Shown here: piece by piece, positions 26,064 to 37,965 of the stretch
How positions within the stretch are numbered: position 1 is the first letter of the stretch
How the letters are laid out: each line of letters opens with the position of its first letter
Assembly (NCBI RefSeq): GCF_006345805.1
Contig: NC_043004.1
Span: forward strand, 53,444,001-53,508,000
Reading direction: 5' to 3'
Length of the DNA stretch: 64,000 nt
Source: Octopus sinensis
Taxonomy: Eukaryota
Translations under genes and position numbers: made by a program
The notes under the pieces: generated by a model
Told to the model about the DNA's origin: nothing
Seen by the model: only the letters and a program-made list of their open reading frames with translations
Databases searched by the model: none

Positions 26064-28571
26064 CTATTTATCATGAAACTTATTATATAGGTAAAGTAAC
26101 TTATGTCTGCATTTTATTTTGCGCTCTTCACCAGTATTAAGTAAATTATCATACTTATAAAATAAAATTTCTTTAAACTCATTAGAGCATAAATAACAAC
26201 AATTAGCTCCTATAGTATATGATTATTTTTTACAAATTTCCTTCCCAAAGTAACTATAATTATATTTAGTGATTTAAGACTCCAAATGTACTTACTATTC
26301 CGGTTGAGTTGATTAAGTTTTTATTTTTAAAAGAATTCATATGTTGTGCGATTCTTAGTTTTATTTTTGAGGAAGTAGAACCTATATAAACCGCTTTTTG
26401 TAATTATTATTCTTAAGTTATTATCATGTAATGTAACTATACATTTATACACTACATCGTAATATCACAATTATTATTTAATATACAATTAGATTTATCT
26501 CTACATGTACAATTAATATAAGTCTTATCATTATTAATTATATATATCAAATAATTTCTTTTTATAAATATTATTCAGTTTATATTTATTAAATGAAGAA
26601 ATAATGTTCCCAACATTATTAGTGGTAGAGTAACCAACTCCAAAATTATTAAAAGAGAAAATGTTTCTATATTTACGATTATCTCTAATAAATAGTTCTA
26701 TAACATCTAAAATCTCTTTAATAATATTCGTTTTTACTTGATCTCCATAAGGAACTATTAACCAAATTTTATTCTTTTTAACCTTATTATTATTATCATT
26801 ATTATAATATATATTTATAATTCTTTATTTTATTAAAATTATTATCAGAATTATATCTATGTACAGCATTTAAGGAATTATTAATATTATTAAATTTATC
26901 AATATAATTATTATAATAATTATTAAATTTATTTTTATTTATATTATTCTTATTTATATTATTATTATTATATTTATTATTATTATTATTATTCTTATTT
27001 ATTTTTTATCATTTTTATTATTTTTTTTTAATATCTATTATTTTTACCACTAAACCTAACAAAATTATAATTATTATTAGAAGTATTTCGAAAATTAACA
27101 ATTAAATCTTTATCACTAATATTATAAAATTAATATTCCTATTATAACCTGCCCCTCTAAGGGCCTCATTATAATAATTAGCATGTTTATTAAAAATCTC
27201 TATATCATAAGAGAGTAATGAAATACGTTTACTTATATTATTAATCAACGATTTTTTAATAGAAAATGGGTGATTACTATTAACATTTATATATCTAAGG
27301 TTCTCATTAAGTTTATGATATGGTTGTGTTTTACCTGTAATAAGTTTAAAATTAACATCTAAATAATTAACATTATAATTCTCCTTATATATAGTAATAC
27401 TTAAACCATATCTTTTAAAGAAACTATATAGTTTTTTCTTATATACTTCTAGATTCCTATTAGTACAATTCTTTGTAACTAGTAGAAGATCGTCTCTATA
27501 TAAACACCCTCTATCTTAAGATTTTCTAATTGGAGTTCAGATAAAAGAAAAATACCTACTAAATCAGTAGCCTGTGCAGAATCTGGTGCTCCCATAGGTA
27601 TATCAAAACATTCTCTAGTATCATTCCTAGCCCATAATTTATTTTTATATTTAATTAGCGATTTCCTAGCCATTTTAATTACATTAACTTCTTCCCGTGA
27701 CATACCCACTTTATTCATTGCGAAAATAAGCGCTTTATTAAACACAATTTCATTAATAGAAGAATAATAATTATCTATATCTATTTGAATAAATTTATAA
27801 CGATTTTTATCTTTAATATTATTAAACCATTTCAATGTATTATTATTACTAAACCATAATTTTAAATAATTAAGTTTATTTAACTTATCAATATATTTAT
27901 CTAAAATAAATTTACTTAATTTACCTAGGTCCGATTTACATGGGCAAATTAATCTAACTTTAGGGTCTGAATAAAAATTATCTTTATGGTCTTTAAGAGT
28001 AATTCTGGGGTGCAAAGGTACATAAGGTTCAGTTTTATTATCCAACTCATATTTTAACATTACTACTTTAGAGGCCTTATTAATATTATAAAGAATATCA
28101 TCTGGAACAATTTTATATTTTTTAATTATTTTTCCCTAATAGTTTATCATATAATTTAACATCTAATTTATATAAGTTCCTTGTTTTATCAGATTGTACT
28201 ATAATACCATCCATAATTCTCATATCTTTAATTTTAATTGCTAAATTCCTTAAATATTCATTATTTCTATTTGGGTATTTATGGAATTCAATATTTTTTA
28301 CCACCTTCCATATACTATCTTCAAGTAATTGTAATTCTTTATTAAATGGAGGTTCCTTTCTAGATTTAAATTTAGAGGTAAAATTATCATTCCTACTATC
28401 AATATCATTAAATAAATAAAAATTATAGTAAAAAGCTTTCCATTTAATTCTAGAAATAAAATCTTTAACATTATTAACAAGTTTCAAGATAAATTCCTTT
28501 CTAGAAGGAATAGGAATATCTTTCAAAGATGAATCCCAAAACAGCGGTTCTATCTTACCTGTAAAATCCAT
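26064..28571 (-). CDS. PLE polyprotein copy 1 (RT + GIY-YIG, Naiad-like), ~835 aa if the frameshifts are corrected
   Basis: MDFTGKIEPL..SLKDIPIPS..FISRIKWKAF; HPRITLKDHKDNF..VRLICPCKSDLGKLSK; DIDNYYSSI; IPMGAPDS; YRDD; YLDVNF; NSNHP; CTCRDKSNC..VVYKC..YIGST..CYLC..CRH. Several indels. No 190-bp insertion in this copy. Confidence 0.9.
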
Positions 28572-28805
28572 AATTTTCGAAATTGAGGTATTACACTCAA
28601 TATACAAAATTATCAATATTATATAAATAATAAATATTAGGGAATAAATCCAAATTTACAGGGAAAAAAATCAGATTTAGGATTAAATCCAATTTTATAG
28701 TAAAATATTATAAAATATTATTAGAGACAAAACCACTATTTTGCAAAACAAACAAGGAAAGACTTAATCAATACATAAAATTTTAATAAATAGTCAAAAA
28801 AACCG

Positions 28806-28848
28806 CCACTACAATCGTTTCTTGTCTTGATCGACAATCTTCAGGTGG
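28806..28848 (-). ncRNA. Type I hammerhead, array copy 2 (intact)
   Basis: CCAC-CTGAAGA-TTGTC(gatcaa)GACAA-GAAAC-GATT-GTA-GTGG. Confidence 0.9.
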
Positions 28849-31800
28849 ACTTCCAATCTAAAAAATCAATATTTTAAAATATAAAAATAATAATTTTAAA
28901 TAATTAAGTATGAATGAAAAAGTTTAAGTATATAATCCATATATAACCTATATATAATCCATATATAATCAATATATAAACAATATATAAACTAAAAAAA
29001 ACCTATCAACAATTAAATATAAAATAAAAATATAAAATATAAATATAAAACAAAACAAAAAAATAATAATAATATAATAATAAACTATATATACACCCAT
29101 ACACATATACCTAATTATATATAACCATATCTAACTACATACACTAAATCACACACCTATATATATATCCCTATACATACACATAAAAACGTCTAGGCAA
29201 CTATAAATAAATAAAATAGCTAAATACTTCAACACAATACTTATTCATACTCCCACACACACACACATAACCCCACATTCACGCTCTAGAAAACGGACAT
29301 CACTCAAAACTATGAACGGAGAAATGGAATAAATGGAATTAAAAATTATATTCACTTGGTAAAAACGAACACTACTTAAAAATTATGAATGAAACAATGC
29401 AATAAAACAACAGACATCGCAAATAGACACAGATTACTACGAATTCCTTAACAAACCTATCATGATAAACCAAAACTCATAAAAACATATAATGATAAAA
29501 TCTCCCTTTACTAAACTCTATAACAAACCTATAGCAATCCCCCTAACCTAAACATTCACACACAAATACACACACGTAAACCACACACCCACGACATATA
29601 CAAATACCCACACCACTTACACATACCAATACATACATATAAACCTCAACATATACTCCAAAAACCCACTCAACCCCACACAGACAAATAAACACAAAAA
29701 TTATGAATGGATTCTTTTTAAAACTACCATGATAAGCTAAAACTCCAAAACAGAAATGATAAAACCTCCCTTTACTAAACACTATAACATACTTATATAG
29801 CAATCCCTTTAACCTATACATTCACACACAAAAACACACACGTAAACCACACACCCATAACAAATACAAACACCCACCCCACTCACACACACCCACAAGA
29901 ACATATAAGCCTCAACATATACACCAAACAAAATTACTTTACCAAGGAACTTAACATATGTATAAAAAGTATAACCGCTCTGGAAACGAACATCTCTAAA
30001 TTAATGAATGGAGAAATGGAATAAATGGAATTAAAAATAATATTCACGTGGCAAAACGAACACCACTCAAAAATTATGAATGAAACAATGTAATAACACA
30101 ACCAACATCGAAAATAGACAAATTACCACGAATTCCCTAAAAAAAACCATGATAAACCAAAACTCTTAAAAACATATAACGATAAATCTCCCTTTGCTAA
30201 ACTCTATAACAAACCTATATAATAATCCCCCTAACCTAAACATTCACACACAAATACACACACGTAAACCACAGACCACACGACTTATACACATACCTAT
30301 ACTAACTTATAAACCTCAATATACACCAAAACCCACTCACTCCACCACAGACAAATTAACACATACATCCCAAAACCTAAATAACAAACCCATATACACA
30401 TTCACACACAAACACACACACACGCAAAACACACACACACAACGGATACATATACTCCCTCAAATATACGCATACACATACTCACTAAACTCGATATATA
30501 CAACAATATTTACACACCCACACTCATACAGATAAATAAATTATACAACTAAAAACTCACACACAAACTCATATACATAAACACTCCTATGAAAACAACA
30601 TTAAATACATCGTAATTAACCAGAATATCAAAAATAACAATATGACATAAGGATAAATAAAAGACATACTTACAAGTCAGTTTCAAATTATGAAGTGAAA
30701 TTAAATTCTTAGCCGTTAAAAAATCAAACCAAATTTACGTTACCATAGAAATAACTTATGTAAAAAAAGAATACGCGCCATGGAAAGTAAACGTCATTTA
30801 AATTATGAATGGAGAAATAGAATAAATGGAACTAAAAGCTATATCCACGTGGCAAAACAACACTACTTAAAAAAATTTTATTATGAATGGATTCTTTAAA
30901 AAACTACCATGAAAAATCATTATATACATTTATGAGCTTTAGCTCACCTTAGCAGCTCTAACAAACAACTTGCAGTAACCCAAACCCATTCTCTATGCCT
31001 ACCTCACTACTACACTATTCCATTCACAATTCCAAACAACGCTAGTCCACCACCCGGTAATTCACGTGGCAAAACGAACACCACTCAAAAATTATGAATG
31101 AAACTATGTAATAAAACAACCAACATCGAAAATAGACAAATTACCACGAATTCCATATAAAAAAAAAACCATGATAAACCAAAACTCATAAAAACATATA
31201 ACGATAAATCTCCCTTTGCTAAACTCTATAACAAACCTATATAGCAATCCCCCTAACCTAAACATTCACACACAAATACACACACGTAAACCACAGACCA
31301 CAACTTATACACATACCTATACTAACTTATAAACTCAATATACACCAAAACCCACTCCCTCCACACAGAAAATTAACACATACATCCCAAAACCTAAATA
31401 ACAAACCCATATACACATTCACACACAAACACACACACACGCAAAACACACACACACAACAGATACATATACTCCTCACATATACGCATATACATACTCA
31501 CTAAACTCGATATATACAACAATATTTACACACCCACACTCATACAGATAAATAAATTATACAACTAAAAACTCACACACAATCTCATATACATAAACAC
31601 TCCTATGAAAACAACATTAAATACATCGTAATTAACCAGAATATCAAAAATAACAATATGATATAAGGATAAATAAAATACATACTTACAATTCAGTTTC
31701 AAATTATGAAGTGAAATTAAATTATATTCTTAGCCATTAAAAAAACCAAACCAAAATTACGTTTCCATAGAAATAACATATGAAAAAAAAAAAAAAAAAA

Positions 31801-34053
31801 AATACGCGCCATAGAAAGTAAACGTCATTTAAATTATGAATGGAGAAATAGAATAAATGGAACTAAAAACTATATCCACGTAGCAAACCAACACTACTTA
31901 AAAAAATTTATTATGAATGGATTCTTTAAAAAACTACCATGAAAAATCATTATATACATTTATGAGCTTTAGCTCACCTTAGCAGCTCTAACAAACAACT
32001 TGCAGTAACCCAAACCTATTCTCGATGCCTACCTCACTACCACACTAATCCATTCACAATTCCAAGCAACGCTAGTCCACCACCCGGTTACAATTCCCAA
32101 CTCCACCCATTCATTCACAATTTCAACGACATTCGCCTCCACAGCGCTACATATAAGCCTCAACATATACGGAGATACACTTACACATCCGTGCGGATGG
32201 GTGAGAGTATACATTGAGTGTAGTGATGGGGCTCCCATTACTATACACATTTGTACTGTGTGGTAGTCTCCATGTGTATATTCACGCACGGGTATAAATG
32301 CAGGGGTACACGCGCACGTCATTTGCGTGTACCCCCTCACATGTACATATGCATGCTATTTGGGCTCGATATATGCAACAATGTAATCGCGCCCGCATAC
32401 ATGCATATGGGTGAATTGCACAATCAAAAAACGCACACGTGTGTGTGTGCGTTCCCTGGTTGTGCAATTCACCCATCTGGGTGTGAGTGGGTGTAAGCGT
32501 ATCGCTGTGGATGTCGAGCTTGATACGTATGTATATGAGTGTTTATTAGGGGGTTGTACGTATTAATTGTGTGCATGTGCTTACGCACTTGCGTCCATGT
32601 ATGGATGAATATATTGGGATTACTATGTGCGTGTAAATTGGGTATGGAGGGGGTAGTTTTGTCATTGTATGGGTGTGGGTTTCATTTGTAATGGTGGTTA
32701 GTTGGTGATTTTTAGTATGTTCTGTATATTTGGGTTAGTTATGTATTATTCTAGTGTGTATAATTGTATACATATAATTGGTGTGAATGGGATTAAGCCC
32801 ATTTGTGTGGATGTATGTGTTTATTTATCCATGTGGGGCGGGAGTGGCCGTTAGGTGTATATGCTGAGGCTCACATGCAATTCCAGGTACAACGAATGAA
32901 GTGGGCACTTAAATTTGTTATGGGTGTGTGTACTTTATTATAACAGACAATACCCAAATAAAATCTGTCAATTCAACATACCAAATAAAAAACAAAAAAC
33001 AAAGGGATCTTAAACATTCACACATACATACAAATCTCAAAAAAAAACACCACTAAATAATACCCATAAACATATAAATATATCCTCCAAAATACATATA
33101 ACAAATGCATAATAAGAATACATAATAAAATAAAAAAATAAAAAAAAAAACCTAATATAAATTATTAAAGTTTTAACGTACCATAAACTGTTAAATTAAT
33201 ATACATTAAAATGAACTAAACTAGTTTAGTTTAAATTAGTTTAGTTAATATATTTTTGGTTTGTTGTCTAGGCTTTAATTATAGTTAGTCTTTATTGATA
33301 TTTCTTTGTTTTAATTAGTTCATTTTAATGTATATTAATTTAACAGTTTATGGTACGTTAAAACTTTAATAATTTATATTAGGTTTTTTTTTTTATTTTA
33401 TTTTATTATGTATTTTTATTATGCATTTGTTATATGTATTTTGGAGGATATATTTATATGTTTATGGGTATTATTTAGTGGTGTTTTTATTGAGATTTGT
33501 ATGTATGTGTGAATGTTTAAGATCCCTTTGTTTTTTGTTTTTTATTTGGTATGTTGAATTGACAGATTTTATTTGGGTATTGTCTGTTATAATAAAGTAC
33601 ACACACCCATAACAAATATAAGTGCCCACTTCATTCGTTGTACCTGGAATTGCATGTGAGCCTCAGCATATACACCTAACGGCCACTCCCGCCCCACATG
33701 GATAAATAAACACATACATCCACAAAAATGGGCTTAATCCCATTCACACCAATTATATGTATACAATTATACACACTAGAATAATACATAACTAACCCAA
33801 ATATACAGAACATACTAAAAATCACCAACTAACCACCATTACAAATGAAACCCACACCCATACAATGACAAAACTCCCCCTTCCATACCCAATTTACAGC
33901 CACATAGTAATCCCAATATATTCATCCATACATGGACGCAAGTGCGTAAGCACATGCACACAATTAATACGTACAACCCCCTAATACACACTCATATACA
34001 TACGTATCAAGCTCGACATCCACAGCGATACGCTTACACCCACTCACACCCAG

Positions 34054-34348
34054 ATGGGTGAATTGCACAACCAGGGAACGCACACACACACGTGTGCGTT
34101 TTTTGATTGTGCAATTCACCCATATGCATGTATGCGGGCGCGATTACATTGTTGCATATATCGAGCCCAAATAGCATGCATATGTACATGTGAGGGGGTA
34201 CACGCAAATGACGTGCGCGTGTACCCCCTGCATTTATACCCGTGCGTGAATATACACATGGAGACTACCACATAGGTACAAATGTGTGTATAGTAATGGG
34301 AGCCCCATCACTACACTCAATGTATACTCTCACCCATCCGCACGGATG
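34054..34348 (+). other. Cluster of strong hairpins in the element's non-coding region (present in all five copies)
   Basis: 17-bp stem ATGGGTGAATTGCACAA/TTGTGCAATTCACCCAT (34054-34123) enclosing AACGCACAC/GTGTGCGTT; 13-bp stem AGGGGGTACACGC/GCGTGTACCCCCT (34193-34229); CATCCG/CGGATG (34335-34348). Confidence 0.85.
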
Positions 34349-34453
34349 TGTAAGTGTATCTCCGGTGTATATGTTGAGGCTTATATGTAGCGCTGTGGAG
34401 GCGAATGTCGTTGAAATTGTGAATGAATGGGTGGAGTTGGGAATTGTAAACGG

Positions 34454-36500
34454 GGTGGTGGACTAGCGTTGCTTGGAATTGTGAATGGATTAGTGTGGTA
34501 GTGAGGTAGGCATCGAGAATAGGTTTGGGTTACTGCAAGTTGTTTGTTAGAGCTGCTAAGGTGAGCTAAAGCTCATAAATGTATATAATGATTTTTCATG
34601 GTGGTTTTTTAAAGAATCCATTCATAATAATTATTTTAAGTAGTGTTGGTTTGCTACGTGGATATAGTTTTTAGTTCCATTTATTCTATTCTCCATTCAT
34701 AATTTAAATGACGTTTACTTTCTATGTCGCGTATTTTTTTTTTTTTTTTTTTTTTCATAAGTTATTTCTATGGTAACGTAATTTTGGTTTGGTTTTTTTA
34801 ACAGCTAAGAATATAATTTAATCTTCATAATTTGAAACTGAATTGTAAGTATGTATTTTATTTATCCTTATATCATATTGTTATTTTTGATATTTGGTTA
34901 ATTACGATGTATTTAATGTTGTTTTCATAGGAGTGTTTATGTATATGAGATTGTGTGTGAGTTTTTAGTTGTATAATTATTTATCTGTATGAGTGTGGGT
35001 GTGTAAATATTGTTGTATATATCGAGTTTAGTGAGTATGTATATGCGTATATGTGAGGGAGTATATGTATCTGTTGTGTGTGTGTGTTTTGCGTGTGTGT
35101 GTGTTTGTGTGTGAATGTGTATATGGGTTTGTTATTTAGGTTTTGGGATGTATGTGTTAATTTGTCTGTGTGGGGAGGGAGTGGGTTTTGGTGTATATTG
35201 AGGTTTATAAGTTAGTATAGGTATGTGTATAAGTTGTGGGTCTGTGGTTTACGTGTGTGTATTTGTGTGTGAATGTTTAGGTTAGGGGGATTGCTATATA
35301 GGTTTGTTATAGAGTTTAGCAAAGGGAGATTTATCGTTATATGTTTTTATGAGTTTTGGTTTATCATGTTTTTTTTTTTTTTTTAGGGAATTCGTGGTAA
35401 TTTGTCTATTTTCGATGTTGGTTGTTTTATTACATAGTTTCATTCATAATTTTTGAGTGGTGTTCGTTTTGCCACGTGAATTACCGGGTGGTGGACTAGC
35501 GTTGTTTGGAATTGTGAATGGAATAGTGTAGTAGTGAGGTAGGCATAGAGAATGGGTTTGGGTTACTGCAAGTTGTTTGTTAGAGCTGCTAAGGTGAGCT
35601 AAAGCTCATAAATGTATATAATGATTTTTCATGGTAGTTTTTTAAAGAATCCATTCATAATAAAATTTTTTTAAGTAGTGTTGTTTTGCCACGTGGATAT
35701 AGCTTTTAGTTCCATTTATTCTTTTTCTCCATTCATAATTTAAATGACGTTTACTTTCCATGGCGCGTATTCTTTTTTTACATAAGTTATTTCTATGGTA
35801 ACGTAATTTTGGTTTGATTTTTTTAACGGCTAAGAATTTAATTTCACTTCATAATTTGAAACTGACTTGTAAGTATGTCTTTTATTTATCCTTATGTCAT
35901 ATTGTTATTTTTGATATTCTGGTTAATTACGATGTATTTAATGTTGTTTTCATAGGAGTGTTATGTATATGAGTTTGTGTGTGAGTTTTTAGTTGTATAA
36001 TTTATTTATCTGTATGAGTGTGGGTGTGTAAATATTGTTGTATATATCGAGTTTAGTGAGTATGTGTATGCGTATATTTGAGGGAGTATATGTATCCGTT
36101 GTGTGTGTGTGTTTTGCGTGTGTGTGTGTTTGTGTGTGAATGTGTATATGGGTTTGTTATTTAGGTTTTGGGATGTATGTGTTAATTTGTCTGTGTGGGG
36201 AGTGAGTGGGTTTTGGTGTATATTGAGGTTTATAAGTTAGTATAGGTATGTGTATAAGTCGTGGGTCTGTGGTTTACGTGTGTGTATTTGTGTGTGAATG
36301 TTTAGGTTAGGGGGATTATTATATAGGTTTGTTATAGAGTTTAGCAAAGGGAGATTTATCGTTATATGTTTTTAAGAGTTTTGGTTTATCATGGTTTTTT
36401 TAGGGAATTCGTGGTAATTTGTCTATTTTCGATGTTGGTTGTGTTATTACATTGTTTCATTCATAATTTTTGAGTGGTGTTCGTTTTGCCACGTGAATAT
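34454..36500 (+). repeat. Internal ~1.03-kb tandem duplication within each non-coding region
   Basis: ggtggtggactagcgttg starts at 34454 and at 35487. A shorter module beginning gtggtttacgtgtgtgt recurs at ~35244, 36269, 36688 and 36957. Confidence 0.9.
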
Positions 36501-37690
36501 TATTTTTAATTCCATTTATTCCATTTCTCCATTCATTAATTTAGAGATGTTCGTTTCCAGAGCGGTTATACTTTTTATACATATGTTAAGTTCCTTGGTA
36601 AAGTAATTTTGTTTGGTGTATATTTGAGGCTTATATGTTCTTGTGGGTTGTGTGAGTGGGGTGGGTGTTTGTATTTGTTATGGGTGTGTGGTTTACGTGT
36701 GTGTTTTTGTGTGTGAATGTATAGGTTAAAGGGATTGCTATATAAGTATGTTATAGTGTTTAGTAAAGGGAGGTTTTATCATTTCTGTTTTATGAGTTTT
36801 AGCTTATCATGGTAGTTTTATAAAAGAATCCATTCATAATTTTTGTTTTTTATTTGTCTGTTGTGGGTTGAGTGGGTTTTTGGAGTATATGTTGAGGTTT
36901 ATATGTATGTATTGGTATGTGTAAGTGGTGTGGGTATTTGTATATGTCGTGGGTGTGTGGTTTACGTGTGTGTATTTGTGTGTGAATGTTTAGGTTAGGG
37001 GGATTGCTATATAGGTTTGTTATAGAGTTTAGTAAAGGGAGATTTTATCATTATATGTTTTTATGAGTTTTTGGTTTATCATGATAGGTTTGTTAAGGAA
37101 TTCGTAGTAATCTGTGTCTATTTGCGATGTCTGTTGTTTTATTGCATTGTTTCATTCATAATTTTTAAGTAGTGTTCGTTTTTACCAAGTGAATATAATT
37201 TTTAATTCCATTTATTCCATTTCTCCGTTCATAGTTTTGAGTGATGTCCGTTTTCTAGAGCGTGAATGTGGGTTGTATGTGTGTGTGTGTGGGAGTATGA
37301 ATAAGTATTGTGTTGAAGTATTTAGCTATTTTATTTATTTATAGTTGCCTAGACGTTTTTATGTGTATGTATAGGGATTATATATAGGTGTGTGATTTAG
37401 TGTATGTAGTTAGATATGGTTATATATAATTAGGTATATGTGTATGGGTGTATATATAGTTTATTATTATATTATTATTATTTTTTTGTTTTGTTTTATA
37501 TTTTATAGTTTTTATTTAATTGTTGATAGGTTTTTTTTTTTTTTAGTTTATATATTGTTTATATATTGATTATATATGGATTATATATAGGTTATATATG
37601 GATTATATACTTATATTTTTTCATTCATACTTTAATTATTTAAAATTATTATTTTTATATTTTAAAATATTGATTTTTTAGATTGGAAGT

Positions 37691-37733
37691 CCACCTGAAG
37701 ATTGTCGATCAAGACAAGAAACGATTGTAGTGG
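37691..37733 (+). ncRNA. Type I hammerhead, array copy 3 (intact)
   Basis: CCAC-CTGAAGA-TTGTC(gatcaa)GACAA-GAAAC-GATT-GTA-GTGG. Confidence 0.9.
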
Positions 37734-37965
37734 CGGTTTTTTTGACTATTTATTAAAATTTTATGTATTGATTAGTCTTTCCTTGTTTGTTTTGCAAAAT
37801 AGTGGTTTTGTCTCTAATAATATTTTATAATATTTTACTATAAAATTGGATTTATCCTAAATCTGATTTTTTTCCCTGTAAATTTGGATTTATTCCCTAA
37901 TATTTATTATTTATATAATATTGATAATTTTGTATATTGAGTGTAATACCTCAATTTCGAAAATT

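Larger units (their letters stand above)
21423..33221 (-). mobile_element. Left arm of the giant PLE array (~1.6 units): non-coding region, hammerhead, ORF, non-coding region, hammerhead
   Basis: Reverse complement of roughly 33330-45268, minus the 190-bp ORF insertion. Hammerheads at 28806-28848 and 21515-21560. Confidence 0.95.

Noticed and set aside
29400-31600. CRISPR-like array, suggested by recurring motifs with variable spacers
   Set aside because: The context is eukaryotic, the repeats are long diverged modules with homologous intervening sequence, and no cas genes are present.
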